Source of the DNA: an uncultured Holophaga sp.
GTDB lineage: Bacteria; Acidobacteriota; Holophagae; Holophagales; Holophagaceae
Direction: 5' to 3'
DNA: 64,000 nt
NCBI GenBank assembly: GCA_963664825.1
Contig: OY761614.1
Span: 544,001-608,000 of the forward strand
The notes under the pieces were generated by a model. That model had not been told where the DNA came from, searched no databases, and was given only the letters and a program-made list of their open reading frames with translations. Below, piece after piece: positions 33,946-45,645 of this stretch (position 1 is the stretch's first letter; each line of letters begins with the position of its first letter). The position numbers were made by a program, and so were the translations under genes.

Positions 33946-36198
33946 ATGTCCAAGCCCTCGCCCTTCCCGGTCATCGCGCTGGCCTCCCTGTCCCTGGTCT
34001 CCCTGGAGATCGTGTGGACCCGGATCTTTTCGGCGGAGTTCTACTACATGTTCGCCTTCCTGATCCTGTCCCTGGCGGTGCTGGGGCTGGGCCTCGGAGG
34101 GCTGGCCCTGCGCATCTTCCCGCGCCTTCAAGAGCCTCGGAAGCTGGGGCTGTACCTGCTCCTGACCGCGATACTGGCCCTGGCGAGCCCCATCCTCGTG
34201 CTCCACCTGGGCCTCGAATTCACGCGCGTCTTCTCCGGCTGGGCCATGTTCGGCCGACTGGTATTGACGATCCTCCTGCTCAGTTCGGCCTTCGGCACAG
34301 GGGGTATGGTCCTGTCCCTGCTCTTCCGGGGCCATCACCCGGAGATGCCCCGCCTGTACAGGGCCGATCTCCTGGGGGCCGCCCTCGGCGTCGCCCTCGC
34401 CATCCTGCTCATGAACGGAGTGGGCACCCCCGCCACCACGCTGCTGCTGGCCCTGCCCCTGGCCTTGGCGGCCTTCCTGGCGGGAGGCACCAGGACCAGG
34501 GTCTTGGCCACCCTTGCGGCTCTTAGTGCCATTGCCCTGCTCCCCTATTCGGCCCGCCTCATCGCCAAGCCCCGCCAGAACCACGCCCCCGTCATCTACA
34601 CCCACTGGGATGCCATGGCCCTCATCAAGATCCTGGATTTCCCGGGGGCCCGGGGCATCAATATCGATAACTCTGCCAATACGGCCATCAATGCCTTCGA
34701 CGGGAACGTGGAGACCCTCCGCAGGGAATCCGACCCCTTCATGGTGGATCCCAAGCCCCTGATGGATGCCATGGGTGGCACCTGCACCTTCATGTCCATT
34801 GGTTCCGGTGGCGGCGGCGATGTGCTCATGGCCCTCCAGAACGGGGCCCGGGAGATCCACGCCGTGGAGGTCAACCCCACCATCAATCGCATGCTGACAA
34901 AGGGCGGCATGTACGCAGACTATTCGGGCCGCATCTATGACCGCCCGGAGGTACGGGTCGTCACCGAGGATGCCCGGGCCTATCTGCGGCGCTTCGATGG
35001 CAAATTCGACATCATCTATTCCCTCAGCTCCAACACCTTCGCGGCGCTGGCCAGCGGCGCCTTCGCCCTGGCGGAAAACTACGTCTTCACCTCCGAGGCC
35101 TTCCAGGATTACTACCGGGCCCTGAGCCCTCGGGGCTTCCTGGTGATGGAGCACCAGTTCTACATGCCCCGGGTGGTGAGCGAGGCCCTGGAAGGGATGA
35201 AGCTGAGCGGAGTGACGGATCCCGAAAAGCACATCGCCGTCTATACGCTGCCCGGCCTCCGGCGCCAGGTCCTCGTCCTGGGCAAGGCGCCTCTCAGTCC
35301 GGAGGTCATCCAGGGGGCCTTGAGGGGCCTGGAGACCCGCGATTTCCATAAGATCCACCGGGTCTATCCGAACCCGGATCCCGGGGCCAGCCCCACCATC
35401 TCCCGCATCGTGAAGGAAGGCTGGAGAAAGGTCGGCCGGGATCTGCCCGTGGATATCTCCCCCTCCACCGATGACCGGCCCTTCATCGCCCAACAGGGCC
35501 TCCTGAAGAACGTCCACCTCAAGGCCTTGAAGGCCATCGACCCCATGGAATTCCGGGGCTATCCCCTCTCCAAGCTCATCGTCCTGGCCATCCTGGGGGT
35601 GGTGCTGCTGCTGGTGGTGCCCCTGAACCTGCTGCCCTACCTCCAGAAGGGACCCAAGCTCAAGGCCCGGGGATGGCTGTATTTCTTCGCCATCGGCCTG
35701 GGTTTCATGGCGCTCGAGATCGTCCTGATCCAGCAATACACCCTCTTCATCGGCGCTTCCGCCTATAGCCTGGTGGCGATCCTCTTCACCCTGCTCATCG
35801 GCTCGGGGCTGGGTAGCCGCTTCGCGCCTCGCTTCGGGGGCCGGATCCCATTCCTCGCGATCCTGGCCTGGCTGTTGCTGGATATCCTCCTGTTCGGACA
35901 CATCACCCACGCCGCCGGAACGCTCACGATGCTGCCCCGCATCCTGATCACGGCAATCCTGGTGGCGCCCTTGGGATTTTTCATGGGCATGCCCTTTCCC
36001 CAGGGCGCCTTGCGCGTGGGAGAACTCATCGACTGGGGTTTCGCCGTGAACGGCGCGGCCTCCGTGCTGGGCAGCGCAGCCATCATGCTGGTGAGCTTCA
36101 CCTGGGGCTTCACGGCGGCCCTGGCAGCGGGCGGCGTGGCCTACCTTCTGGCCATGATCCTGGCCACGGGGTCCAATCCATGGGTGCGAGAAGCCTGA
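33946..36198 (+). CDS. Polytopic membrane protein with central spermidine-synthase-like SAM-binding domain
   Basis: N- and C-terminal TM bundles; SIGSGGGGDV, AVEVNP, EDARAYL, ENYVFTSEAF; GAAAGGA RBS before MSKP. Confidence 0.8.
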   Translation: MSKPSPFPVIALASLSLVSLEIVWTRIFSAEFYYMFAFLILSLAVLGLGLGGLALRIFPRLQEPRKLGLYLLLTAILALASPILVLHLGLEFTRVFSGWAMFGRLVLTILLLSSAFGTGGMVLSLLFRGHHPEMPRLYRADLLGAALGVALAILLMNGVGTPATTLLLALPLALAAFLAGGTRTRVLATLAALSAIALLPYSARLIAKPRQNHAPVIYTHWDAMALIKILDFPGARGINIDNSANTAINAFDGNVETLRRESDPFMVDPKPLMDAMGGTCTFMSIGSGGGGDVLMALQNGAREIHAVEVNPTINRMLTKGGMYADYSGRIYDRPEVRVVTEDARAYLRRFDGKFDIIYSLSSNTFAALASGAFALAENYVFTSEAFQDYYRALSPRGFLVMEHQFYMPRVVSEALEGMKLSGVTDPEKHIAVYTLPGLRRQVLVLGKAPLSPEVIQGALRGLETRDFHKIHRVYPNPDPGASPTISRIVKEGWRKVGRDLPVDISPSTDDRPFIAQQGLLKNVHLKALKAIDPMEFRGYPLSKLIVLAILGVVLLLVVPLNLLPYLQKGPKLKARGWLYFFAIGLGFMALEIVLIQQYTLFIGASAYSLVAILFTLLIGSGLGSRFAPRFGGRIPFLAILAWLLLDILLFGHITHAAGTLTMLPRILITAILVAPLGFFMGMPFPQGALRVGELIDWGFAVNGAASVLGSAAIMLVSFTWGFTAALAAGGVAYLLAMILATGSNPWVREA

Positions 36199-36277
36199 TC
36201 GAGGCCCTGCATCATGCGGGGCACAGCCTCGAAGTGCAGGTGGACCTCATGTGGATCGAGGGGGAGGATATCGAGAA
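36192..36277 (+). pseudogene. 86-bp diverged copy of an internal pyrG segment
   Basis: 76/86 identical to 33119-33204; [28 protein letters not shown] vs [28 protein letters not shown]. Confidence 0.85.
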
Positions 36278-36291
36278 TTCGGAAGGCACCC

Positions 36292-36876
36292 TTACAGCTT
36301 CCCTTCCGGCTCGACGCCCTTCCCGATGCTGAACGCCTTACCCAGCGCGCGACCGATCCCGAAATAGTCCTGGTGTGCCGGGTCGAAGATCAGCGGCTGA
36401 ACCTTTTCGAGGTCCGGATTCCCCTTCTCACCGATCACGGATTCCTCCGCCTTCACGTCGAGAATCTCTCCCACGAACAGCGTGTGAAGTCCGATCTCGA
36501 GCGTGTGGAGCAGGCGACATTCCAGGACCAGCGGCGCTTCCGCGACGTATGGCGCGTCCACCAGATCACTGCGCACCGGGTTCAGGTGGCAGGCGGCGAA
36601 CTTGTCCAGGTCGGCCCCGGATGCCATGCCGACGAAATCGGCCATCTTTACCTGCGCTTCCGAGGGGATGCTGAGGGTGAAGGCCTTCCGAGCCTCGATG
36701 GAGGCGTAGCTGTACGTGGCCCTGCGGAGGGAGATGGCGACGCAGGGAGGTTTTCCACAGCAGATCCCTCCCCAGGCCACCGTCATGATATTGGGCTTGC
36801 CCGCCGTATCGAAGGTCCCCACCAGCCAGACGGGAGTCGGCATCGCCAAGGTCTTGGCTCCACAAGATCTTTTCAT
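36292..36876 (-). CDS. Flavin reductase family protein (flavoredoxin-like)
   Basis: PTPVWLVGT...NIMTVAWGG...P, APYVAEAPLVLEC, GLHTLFVGEI. Confidence 0.85.
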   Translation of the reverse strand: MKRSCGAKTLAMPTPVWLVGTFDTAGKPNIMTVAWGGICCGKPPCVAISLRRATYSYASIEARKAFTLSIPSEAQVKMADFVGMASGADLDKFAACHLNPVRSDLVDAPYVAEAPLVLECRLLHTLEIGLHTLFVGEILDVKAEESVIGEKGNPDLEKVQPLIFDPAHQDYFGIGRALGKAFSIGKGVEPEGKL

Positions 36877-36969
36877 TTCAAGTTCTCCTCATGGTCGTGG
36901 CCACCAACAGGGCGGACCAGACTTTAGCATCACGTGGGCCGCCGTGAACGCTGCCTGGATTCGTGGAAA

Positions 36970-36997
36970 CGCCCGGGATTCCTTCGAATCCCGGGCG
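36970..36997 (-). terminator. Intrinsic terminator-like hairpin after the cupin gene
   Basis: cgcccgggattc-cttc-gaatcccgggcg, followed by TTT on the minus strand. Confidence 0.65.
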
Positions 36998-37016
36998 CGA
37001 TGGGGAAACCTCTGGA

Positions 37017-37412
37017 TCAGAGCCAGCTGGGCTTGCCTTCAGCGGGCACACCATCGTTCTGTGTGAACTGGGCCAGGCTCCCCACCTGGGTCTGAATGCA
37101 GACATAGCGGATCGGGCCCTGGGCATCGGCCTTGATGCACCTGGCACCTGCGGGATCCACCCGGATCGCATCGCCTTCGGCCACGAGGAATTCCTCGCCA
37201 TCGAGGTAAAACTGCCCCTTGCCCTTCAGGATGATGTAGACCTCCTCATTCTGCTTGTGGGTGTGGACGAAGGGGACGCTCGCTCCGGCGGGGAGCTCGT
37301 TGATGGAGATCTCGGAGCCTGTGAGTTGCAGCTCGTCATGGAGGGTGACGCGTCCCAGTGTCTGGATATCGCCGATCGAAGTCGTGCCGTAGTTCTTCCC
37401 AGCCTTAGCCAT
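37017..37412 (-). CDS. Cupin domain protein
   Basis: PFVHTHKQNEEVYIILKGKG cupin motif; AGGAG RBS before MAKAG. Confidence 0.85.
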   Translation of the reverse strand: MAKAGKNYGTTSIGDIQTLGRVTLHDELQLTGSEISINELPAGASVPFVHTHKQNEEVYIILKGKGQFYLDGEEFLVAEGDAIRVDPAGARCIKADAQGPIRYVCIQTQVGSLAQFTQNDGVPAEGKPSWL

Positions 37413-37566
37413 GGATTCTCCTATTGGGTTTTGTGAAGTTCGAGACTCATGTCCCGCTGTTTGTTTGGACGAGGCGCGGGGGGCCACTGTGAAGAGGTAT
37501 GGGAAAATTCTTTGGCACTCCGGGCAGCAGGCGATGAGCCTGGCGATGTCTTCCTGGCCAGGGACA

Positions 37567-38436
37567 TCAGCAGCGGCCGCAGTCGCTACATCCATTGCAG
37601 ATGGGGCGGCTGCCGCAGCGCTCGCACCGGGAGCGGTAATGCGGCACGTAGAGTTCCTCGGGCTCCAGCGGCCTTCCCAGTCCATCCCTCAGGATGAAGT
37701 GGATGGGCCTGCCGGGGCAGCTCATGGCGGATTTCCAGGCCATCTCGCTCTGGATCTGCTTGGTGGGCAGGTGGTAGGAGCGCCCATCCTTGATGAATCG
37801 GGTGCCCGTCTCGATGAAGCTGAAACTCACCCGATGCCGCTGACAGCTCTCGCGCAGTGAGCGGATCCAATGGAAGTCGCAGGGGCGGGAGCCATCGTAG
37901 TTCTCGCCCCCCGCGATGATCTGCTCGATCTGCCCGCTCTCCAGGTAGGGATCCAACTCCAGGGGTCCGATCAGGGGGGCAGCCATGATGCCCTTGTGCC
38001 TGAAGGGAAGCCTCAGCAGGACTGGAATCCGCTCGTCGGCCCTCGCCTGGTTCTCGCAACTGACGTTGAAAAAGATGTTTTCCCAGCCATCCCCCCAATG
38101 GGCGGGAAGGCAGTCCCTCACCCGTTCGGGCCGCTTGGTCAGGAGGAAGAAGCGAACATCGCTGCGCTCCTGCATCATGGCCCAGGCCTCTTCCCGCCAG
38201 GGATCGGCCTCCTCCAGGAAGAAGTCCGAGGTCATGCACACACGGATCAGCTCGCCGCTCTGGATCTTGTAGGCTCCCCGGCGATCTCGCTGGACCGGTG
38301 CCCGGAAGCCGGTCCGGGTCCGGTAGATGTCCGCACCATCCCGGTGCCTGAGTCGATCGAGGGAGAACATGTAGCAGTTCTGGCAGCCTTCGCTCACCTT
38401 CCGGCAGCCATGCCAGGGATTCCAGATGTCATGCAT
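37567..38436 (-). CDS. DUF5131 (phage Gp37/Gp68-like) protein with Cys-rich C-terminus
   Basis: WNPWHGCRKVSEGCQNCY, SDFF, LLTKRPER, GGE; tail CERC...CNGCSDCGRC. Confidence 0.85.
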   Translation of the reverse strand: MHDIWNPWHGCRKVSEGCQNCYMFSLDRLRHRDGADIYRTRTGFRAPVQRDRRGAYKIQSGELIRVCMTSDFFLEEADPWREEAWAMMQERSDVRFFLLTKRPERVRDCLPAHWGDGWENIFFNVSCENQARADERIPVLLRLPFRHKGIMAAPLIGPLELDPYLESGQIEQIIAGGENYDGSRPCDFHWIRSLRESCQRHRVSFSFIETGTRFIKDGRSYHLPTKQIQSEMAWKSAMSCPGRPIHFILRDGLGRPLEPEELYVPHYRSRCERCGSRPICNGCSDCGRC

Positions 38437-38451
38437 CCCGGTCCTCGCAGG

Positions 38452-39303
38452 TCATGAGTCCAGGTTCTGATCAAAATGGGGCTCGAGGGAATCGATCAAG
38501 CGTTTGGCGAAATCGATGGAGGAGGCCCGGGGCTGGGTCGTCCGATGCACCTGGAGGGCCCACTGGGCCTTGTCCACCTTCCGGATGATCGCCCGGGTCT
38601 GCTCAAAGGAAGACGCTTTCGCCGCCAAGGTGCAGGCCTCTGCCTGGAGACGGCCCGACTTCAGGGCGCCGGGGACCTGGCGATTGCATCGGCAGGGCGC
38701 CTGGTCCGAGACCAGGCCGCAGTAGGACTTGGTGAAGCGTACAATGGCAGCGCGGGCCAATTGCAGCCGTTTCCGGAACAGCTCCGGTGGGATCTCCAGC
38801 ACCTCGGCGGCCTCCGGCCCAGGCAGCTCCAGGATCTCACCCAGCACGTAAGCCATCCGCTGGGATCGGTCCAGGCACTGGAGCATGCCAAGCGTGCATC
38901 CGACCTTGACCTCCTCAATGAGCAGGGATTGTTCGGATTCCGGCAGCACATCCTGGCTTGGCACTTCGGAGAGGCCCTCGGCCAGGCGTACGAAGCTCAT
39001 GTTGAGCCGCTCCGCCGCGCTCTTCTTCATGTCCAGGATGTAGTTCACCGCCACACGGTAGGCCCAGGTCCGCACGGAGCTTCGGCCATCGAACCGGGAG
39101 AGGCGAGTGACAATCCGGACCAGGATCTCCTGGGTGGCGTCCTCGGCCTCCTCCCGGTTGGCCAACATCCGGAGCGATAGTCCGTAGAGATTCCCCTGGA
39201 GAGCCTGGACGAAGGCATTGACAGCCTCTCGGTCCCCCGCAACGGCGCGCTTGACAGTCAATGCAAGGTCGCTTGCGCCTGGATCGCTTTCATCGGCCTT
39301 CAT
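38452..39303 (-). CDS. ECF sigma factor with Cys-containing C-terminal extension
   Basis: EAEDATQE (region 2), TWAYRVAVN, region 4 HTH, extension YCGLV...CRC. Confidence 0.85.
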   Translation of the reverse strand: MKADESDPGASDLALTVKRAVAGDREAVNAFVQALQGNLYGLSLRMLANREEAEDATQEILVRIVTRLSRFDGRSSVRTWAYRVAVNYILDMKKSAAERLNMSFVRLAEGLSEVPSQDVLPESEQSLLIEEVKVGCTLGMLQCLDRSQRMAYVLGEILELPGPEAAEVLEIPPELFRKRLQLARAAIVRFTKSYCGLVSDQAPCRCNRQVPGALKSGRLQAEACTLAAKASSFEQTRAIIRKVDKAQWALQVHRTTQPRASSIDFAKRLIDSLEPHFDQNLDS

Positions 39304-39453
39304 ATGCCACCTTCTTTCTGCCGCTGGCATCCCCCTTCAGAGGACGGGAACGAGCTCTGGCCAAGATGATAATTGGTCATCGGCGGACTGGAAGGATTCC
39401 CTGTCCCCCTTCCCCCTTTCTTTTGGGAGAATGGAAGATTCTCGAGGTGATTC

Positions 39454-41433
39454 TTGACATTCGCTGCCACCAATCTTGACAAGCTCTGCATCGGCACCAT
39501 CCGCTGCCTCGCCATGGACGCGATCCAGAAGGCCAATAGCGGCCACCCCGGCGCCCCCATGGGCCAGGCTTCTGCGGCCTACGTGCTGTGGACCCAATTC
39601 CTCAAGCACAATCCGCTCAATTCCCACTGGGCCGACCGGGACCGCTTCGTCCTCAGCTGCGGCCACGCCTCCATGCTGGAATACAGCCTGCTGCACCTAG
39701 CGGGCTACGGGCTGGAACTGGAGGACCTCAAGCAGTTCCGCCAGTGGGGCTCCAAGACGCCCGGGCATCCCGAATACGGGCACACGACCGGCGTCGAGAC
39801 CACCACGGGGCCCCTGGGCCAGGGCTTCGGCAACGCCGTGGGCATGGCCATCGCCGAACGCTGGCTGGCGGCGCGCTTCAACCGCCCCGGCCACCGGATC
39901 CTGGACCATCGCACCTACGCCTTCGCGGGCGACGGCTGCCTGATGGAGGGGATCACCTACGAGGCCGCCAGCCTGGCGGGCCACCTGGGCCTGGAGAAGC
40001 TCATCGTCCTCTGGGACGACAACCGGATCACCATCGAGGGCAGCACAGACATCGCATTCACCGAGAATGTGCCCAAGCGCTTCGAGGCGATGGGCTGGCG
40101 CGTGCTGAAGGTCGAGGATGGCGAGGACCTGACGGCCCTCCACGAGGCCTTCCAGACCGCCCAGGAGCCCTGCGGCAAGCCCACCCTCATCGACTGCCGC
40201 ACCATCATCGGCTGGCCCGCCCCCACCAAGCAGAACACCCACAACGCCCACGGAGCCCCCCTGGGAGCCGAAGAGATCAAGGCCACCAAGCGCATCCTGG
40301 GCTTCGATCCCGAGGCCTCCTTCTGTGTACCTGCCGAGGCCCTGGCCCATTGGCGCCAGTGCCAGGACAGGGGCGCGCAGTGGGAGGCCGATTGGAACAA
40401 GCGCTTCGAGGCCTACCGCAAGGCCTTCCCCGTAGAGGCCAAGGAACTCGACGCCTTCCTCAACGGCGAACTGCCCGTGGACTGGGAAGGGGCGCTGCCT
40501 TCATACGCCGTGACCGAGAAGGCGGCCACCCGCGAGACCGGCGGCCAGGTCCTCAACGCCCTGGCTTCGGTGATCCCCAACCTCATCGGCGGCAGCGCCG
40601 ATCTGGCCCCCTCCAATAACACCAATCTCAAGGGGGGCGGAACCTTCAGCCCCACGGAATCCGGACGCAACTTCCACTTCGGCATCCGCGAACACGCCAT
40701 GGGGGCCATCCTCAATGGCATGAGCCTGCACGGCGGCCTGCGCGTCTTCGGCGCCACCTTCCTCATCTTCAGCGACTACATGCGCCCCAGCGTGCGTTTG
40801 GCCTCCCTGATGAAGCAGCCCGTCACCTACGTCTGGACCCACGATAGCATCGGCGTGGGCGAGGACGGTCCCACCCACCAGCCCATCGAGCAGATCATGA
40901 CGCTGCGCATGATCCCGGGCATGACCCTGATCCGCCCCGCAGACGCCAATGAGACCGTGGCGGCCTGGAAGGCCTGCATGACCTCCAAGGGCCCCGTGGG
41001 ACTGGCCCTCACCCGCCAGAAACTGCCCGTACTGGATCCCGCCAAGGCTGTGATGGCCTCCAAGGGCGCCTACATCCTGGAAGAAGCCAGCGCCGCGCCC
41101 AGGCTCATCCTCATCGGCTCGGGCTCCGAAGTGCATCTGGCCGTGGAAGCCCGCAAGGTGCTTGAAGCCCAGGGCATCCCCACCCGGGTCGTCTCCATGC
41201 CCAGCTGGGAGCTCTTCGAGGCCCAGCCCCAGAGCTATCGCCAGGACGTGCTGCCCCCGGCCCTTCAGGCCCGGGTTTCCATCGAGGCCGGCATCACCAC
41301 GGGCTGGCAGCGCTACGCCAGCACCTGCATCGGCCTGGATCACTTCGGCGCCAGCGCGCCGGCCGAGATCCTCTTCGAGAAGTTCGGCCTCACTGTCGAG
41401 AAGGTGGTCGAAGCCGCCAGGCATCTGGTCTAG
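39454..41433 (+). CDS. tkt: Transketolase
   Basis: [50 protein letters not shown]. Confidence 0.96.
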   Translation: MTFAATNLDKLCIGTIRCLAMDAIQKANSGHPGAPMGQASAAYVLWTQFLKHNPLNSHWADRDRFVLSCGHASMLEYSLLHLAGYGLELEDLKQFRQWGSKTPGHPEYGHTTGVETTTGPLGQGFGNAVGMAIAERWLAARFNRPGHRILDHRTYAFAGDGCLMEGITYEAASLAGHLGLEKLIVLWDDNRITIEGSTDIAFTENVPKRFEAMGWRVLKVEDGEDLTALHEAFQTAQEPCGKPTLIDCRTIIGWPAPTKQNTHNAHGAPLGAEEIKATKRILGFDPEASFCVPAEALAHWRQCQDRGAQWEADWNKRFEAYRKAFPVEAKELDAFLNGELPVDWEGALPSYAVTEKAATRETGGQVLNALASVIPNLIGGSADLAPSNNTNLKGGGTFSPTESGRNFHFGIREHAMGAILNGMSLHGGLRVFGATFLIFSDYMRPSVRLASLMKQPVTYVWTHDSIGVGEDGPTHQPIEQIMTLRMIPGMTLIRPADANETVAAWKACMTSKGPVGLALTRQKLPVLDPAKAVMASKGAYILEEASAAPRLILIGSGSEVHLAVEARKVLEAQGIPTRVVSMPSWELFEAQPQSYRQDVLPPALQARVSIEAGITTGWQRYASTCIGLDHFGASAPAEILFEKFGLTVEKVVEAARHLV

Positions 41434-41481
41434 CTTCCTTCCCTTTCCCCTGGAGCTTCGAGGCTCCGGGGGGAATGGGAG

Positions 41482-42435
41482 ATGCCCATGCACGCCGCGA
41501 CCCTCGTTCTGTGCCTTGCCGCCCTTACCCTTGGGGCCCAGGAGACGCCCCGCCCCAACCGGGTGGCCTGGCTGGAAGTCTTTCCAGAGCCCCTGCCGGA
41601 TGGCACTCGGCAGATCACCCTGGAGATGACCAGCCAGTTCCTCCGGCCGGACTTCGAACAGAGTGCGGATGGCCGCACGGCCGCCCGCCTGGACGGCGAG
41701 GAATGGCAGCTCATGGAAGACCTCCCCATCGCCCTGGGCCCCGGTATCCTCAATGTCCGCCTCCGGGTCGCCCATCGTAGCGGGGGCGTCGCCGATCAGC
41801 TCCTCCAGTCCTGGCACAGGCTGCTGGGCACGGATACAGGCGGCCGGGATCTGGCGCCCAAGGGGCGCCTGAGCTATGACCTGGAAAGGGATGGCGTGCT
41901 CGTCGCCCGTCTGGATCGCCCCGGCCTCCATCTGCTGGATACCGATATCGCCTATGTCCTGCCCTGGGGGCACCCGGCTTCGGGGGGGCGACTGGGCGTC
42001 TCCCTGCAGCTTCCCACCGGCCAGCGGGAGGACTTCTCCGGCAGCGGAGGCCTGGATGGCACCCTGGGCCTAGCGGCCTGGAAGGCCTTCGGGATCTGGC
42101 GCCTCCATGCTCAGGCCGAACGGGTCGTCATCGGCCTTCCCGAGGGCAGCCCCTACCGCGCCGTCCTGGAACACCGGGCCTTCAACCGCGCCTGGGCCGG
42201 TTTCGGCTTCCAGGGCCGGGGACCGGGATTCTGGAAGGGCCTGGGCCTGGATATCACCCTGGCCTATGAGGCGAGCCCCTACCGGGTGGAAATCCCGCGC
42301 ATCGATCGCGCCGGTTGGCAGCAGCACTGGACCTTCAGCCACACGGCGATGCCGAACTGGCGCCTGGGTTTCAGCGAAGAGGCCGGGACCTACACGGCCC
42401 CCGATATCACGGCCTTCGTCTCGCGCAGTTTTTAA
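41482..42435 (+). CDS. DUF3187-like outer-membrane protein
   Basis: Signal peptide, LDGE, W H..LG, LQLPTG...GSG, terminal Phe. Confidence 0.6.
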   Translation: MPMHAATLVLCLAALTLGAQETPRPNRVAWLEVFPEPLPDGTRQITLEMTSQFLRPDFEQSADGRTAARLDGEEWQLMEDLPIALGPGILNVRLRVAHRSGGVADQLLQSWHRLLGTDTGGRDLAPKGRLSYDLERDGVLVARLDRPGLHLLDTDIAYVLPWGHPASGGRLGVSLQLPTGQREDFSGSGGLDGTLGLAAWKAFGIWRLHAQAERVVIGLPEGSPYRAVLEHRAFNRAWAGFGFQGRGPGFWKGLGLDITLAYEASPYRVEIPRIDRAGWQQHWTFSHTAMPNWRLGFSEEAGTYTAPDITAFVSRSF

Positions 42436-42438
42436 TGT

Positions 42439-43353
42439 TCAGAAGCCCCACAGGGCCAGCCTCGCTTCACCCCAAGCCTTCCAACCACCCGGCAATCTCC
42501 CGCTGGTTTGGCAATGACCCGCACCCGCCACCACGGTGAGGTCCGGGTGATGGCGCGCGATCCGTCTCACACCCTCCAGGGGTGTCTCTGGATCCGCATC
42601 CCCTGTTACCAGGGCGATGGGTGTGCCGAGTGAATCCGCCGCCCGGGCGGGCGAGACTTCGCTGGGATCAAAGGCGGCGAGTCTGCCAGCCCGCCGCAGG
42701 GCCACCCACTCGGCGGGCCTCGCCAGGCATTCGAAGGAGCCCAATACCAGTCTCAGATGGTTCTTGGCTGCCTGGCCGATATCCTCGTACGGGCACTCCA
42801 GCAGCGCACCCGCCAGGGGCGCCCCGGTCTTCTCCAGATCCGAGAGGGCGAGAAGGGCCACGCCGGCGCCCTGGCTCCAGGCCGCAATGAGGACCTGCGA
42901 CCGTGCCACCCCCATGGCCTCCAGACGCTTCACCACCGCCACCACATCCGCGCGCTCCCACCCCCCGAGCGTGCAAGGAACCTCGGGATGTAGGTCCCGA
43001 CCACGAAAAGTGAAGCCCACCGCATCCCATTCCGGAAGCTCCGCGGCCCGGCCGATAGTGCCCCACATGTCATCTCCGAAGCCATGGAGATAGATCACCA
43101 CACCCTTCGGATGCGGACGATGGAGATGCCAGATCTCCAATGCACGTCCCTCGCCACCCTTCAGCTCCGCATGCGTCCAATGGGCCCCTGGCGTGAGGAG
43201 CTTCCCGCGCACATCGTCCCGGTGGGTCTCGCTACGAACAGGCACAGGTGCGTTGAGAAGCATGGGAGGCAGCAGCCAGTGACCCACCGCGACATTGACC
43301 AGGAGCCAGAGGGCGAGAATCGCAGCGGATGAAAGGGCGAGGAGGCGGCGCAT
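42439..43353 (-). CDS. Membrane-anchored alpha/beta hydrolase
   Basis: LHGFG, FRG, nucleophile elbow AWSQG, GDADP, GAGH. Confidence 0.8.
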   Translation of the reverse strand: MRRLLALSSAAILALWLLVNVAVGHWLLPPMLLNAPVPVRSETHRDDVRGKLLTPGAHWTHAELKGGEGRALEIWHLHRPHPKGVVIYLHGFGDDMWGTIGRAAELPEWDAVGFTFRGRDLHPEVPCTLGGWERADVVAVVKRLEAMGVARSQVLIAAWSQGAGVALLALSDLEKTGAPLAGALLECPYEDIGQAAKNHLRLVLGSFECLARPAEWVALRRAGRLAAFDPSEVSPARAADSLGTPIALVTGDADPETPLEGVRRIARHHPDLTVVAGAGHCQTSGRLPGGWKAWGEARLALWGF

Positions 43354-43427
43354 TCCATCGATACGCCCAGCCACCCCATTCGTTTACCTTATTCACCCTG
43401 TCTAAAAACGGCGGATTTTCGCCGTTT

Positions 43428-45548
43428 TTAGATCCCCATGATGGCCCGGTACGCCTCCAGGAAATCACTAGCCTGGGGCAGGATCTCATCCTCCAGGCTG
43501 GGATGGTAGGCGATCCAGGTGTCCTTGGCGCCGATGCGGCGCAGGGGGGCGTCCAGCTCGAAGAACAGCTCGTCGGCGATGCGGGCGGCGAGCTCGGCGC
43601 CGTAGCCCCAGGACTTGCCGTCCTCATGGGCCACGATCACCCGATGGGTCTTCTTCACCGTGCGCTGGATGGCCTCCCAGTCGTAGGGGCTGAGTGTGCG
43701 CAAATCGATGACCTCGACATCGATGCCCTCGGCCTCGGCCAGGCGGGCCGCCTGGACGGCCCGGTAGACGGTGCTGCCGTACGTGATGACCGAAAGGCTC
43801 GTGCCTTCCCGCACCGTGCGGGCCTTCCCGAAGGGGATCATGAAATCCGGGCCGGGCTCGGCGCCCTTGTTGTGGATCTGGCGATAGAGATGCTTGGGTT
43901 CCAGGAAGAGCACGGGATCATCGCAGCGGATGGCCGTGCGCAGCAGTCCCGCGGCATCCAGCGCGGTGCTGGGGTAGACCACCCGCAGCCCAGGGATGTG
44001 GGTGAAGATGCTTTCGCCCGACTGGCTGTGGTAGACGCCGCCCCCCATGAGGTAGCCGCCTATGGGCACCCGCACCACCACGGGCGCCTTGAAGTCGTTG
44101 TTGGAACGCCAGCGGAAATTGGCCAGCTCGTCGCGAAGCTGCTGCATGGCCGGCCAGATGTAATCGAAGAACTGGATCTCCACCACGGGCTTGAAGCCCC
44201 GGCCCGCCAGGCCCAGGGCCCGGCCGATGATGGTGGCTTCGGCCAGGGGTGTGTTGTAGACCCGGTGGCTGCCGAAGGCCCTCTGGAGCCCGTGGGTGGC
44301 CTTGAAGACGCCGCCCTTGCCCTTCACCTCGACAAGGATCTCCTCCCGGCTGGCATCGGCCACATCCTGGCCGAAGACCAGGATCCGGGGATTCCGGGCC
44401 ATCTCTCCCTTCAGGGTGGAATTGATGAGATCGATCATGGTTTTTTGAAGACCCGCCGGATCCGGCGCCGTGTGTTCCGTATCGAAGGCCAGGGAGGTGG
44501 GATCCACATCCTCGCTGTAGAGGTACCTGTAGTAGCTGCCGGAATCCGGCGGAGGGGCGTCCTCGGCCTGCTCCCAGGCCAGATCGATCTCCGTCTGAAT
44601 CTCGGCCTTGAGTTCTTCCAGCCCCGCTTCCGTGAGATCCCCCAGTTCCAGAAGCTTGGCACCGAAGGTGAGGACGGGATCCCGCTTCTGCTCCTCGATC
44701 CTCTGGGCGGCGGTCTTGTAGAGGGCCTCGTCGTCCGAGAGGGAATGGCTGTAGGGCCTTATGGTCCGTGCGCGCACCAGGGCCGGGCCCCGGCGGGCCC
44801 GACAGTGCTCGGCGGCCCGGGCCATGGCGTGGACGGACGCGATGGGGTCGCAGCCATCCACGTCATCGATGACCAACAGCCCATGGGGCTCCCAGCCCTT
44901 GAGCAGGGCGGCCACATCGGCCCCGGCGTACTGGACTTCCGTGGGGGTGGAGATGGCGTATCCGTTATCCTCCACCAGGAAGAGCACGGGAAGCTTCAGG
45001 TTCACGGCGTTGTTCAACGCCTCCCAGAATTCCCCCTGGCTCACGGTGCCGTCCCCGGTGGTGGCCAGGGCGATCTCGTCGGGCCGGGCATCCATTTCAA
45101 GAGCGAGGCCCCCCTGCTCGGCCCGGCGCACGGCCTCCACGCAGCCCACGGCCTGGAGGAACTGGCTGCCCGTGGGGCTGGAGCTGGACCAGATGCGGCG
45201 CTGGGAGCTGCTCCAATGGGTGGGCATCTGGCGACCGCCGGTGGCCGGATCCAGCCTGGAACCCACGCTGGCTAGGAACATCTCCAGGGCCGTCACCCCC
45301 AGGCCATAACAGAGGGCCCGGTCCCGGTAGTAGAGGAAGAACCAGTCGTGGCCGCTCTTGAGCACCATGGCTGCCGCGGCACCGATGGCCTCGTGGCCCA
45401 CGCCATTGATCTGGAAGAAGACCTTGTTCTGGCGCTTGCCGGCGATCTCCCGGTCATCGATCCGGCGGGCGGCATAGATGGTGCGGAAGAGGGCCAGGCG
45501 CTGCCCGCGGGTGAGTTGGGGATCGAGTTCAGGGACTTCTAAGGCCAC
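43428..45548 (-). CDS. 2-oxoacid (probably branched-chain) dehydrogenase E1, fused alpha/beta
   Basis: GHEA, YYRDR, GDG...[11 protein letters not shown] motif, HSLSDD, TPLAE, EIQFFDY, HSQ, DLRTL. Confidence 0.92.
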   Translation of the reverse strand: MALEVPELDPQLTRGQRLALFRTIYAARRIDDREIAGKRQNKVFFQINGVGHEAIGAAAAMVLKSGHDWFFLYYRDRALCYGLGVTALEMFLASVGSRLDPATGGRQMPTHWSSSQRRIWSSSSPTGSQFLQAVGCVEAVRRAEQGGLALEMDARPDEIALATTGDGTVSQGEFWEALNNAVNLKLPVLFLVEDNGYAISTPTEVQYAGADVAALLKGWEPHGLLVIDDVDGCDPIASVHAMARAAEHCRARRGPALVRARTIRPYSHSLSDDEALYKTAAQRIEEQKRDPVLTFGAKLLELGDLTEAGLEELKAEIQTEIDLAWEQAEDAPPPDSGSYYRYLYSEDVDPTSLAFDTEHTAPDPAGLQKTMIDLINSTLKGEMARNPRILVFGQDVADASREEILVEVKGKGGVFKATHGLQRAFGSHRVYNTPLAEATIIGRALGLAGRGFKPVVEIQFFDYIWPAMQQLRDELANFRWRSNNDFKAPVVVRVPIGGYLMGGGVYHSQSGESIFTHIPGLRVVYPSTALDAAGLLRTAIRCDDPVLFLEPKHLYRQIHNKGAEPGPDFMIPFGKARTVREGTSLSVITYGSTVYRAVQAARLAEAEGIDVEVIDLRTLSPYDWEAIQRTVKKTHRVIVAHEDGKSWGYGAELAARIADELFFELDAPLRRIGAKDTWIAYHPSLEDEILPQASDFLEAYRAIMGI

Positions 45549-45645
45549 AGGCTCTCCTGAGGGTTAGACAGATGCGGGCTGGAGGCCCGCAGGCAAAGGG
45601 CGACATAGCTTCGATGCCCTTTCTCCGGCTTCGTTCAACGAGAAG

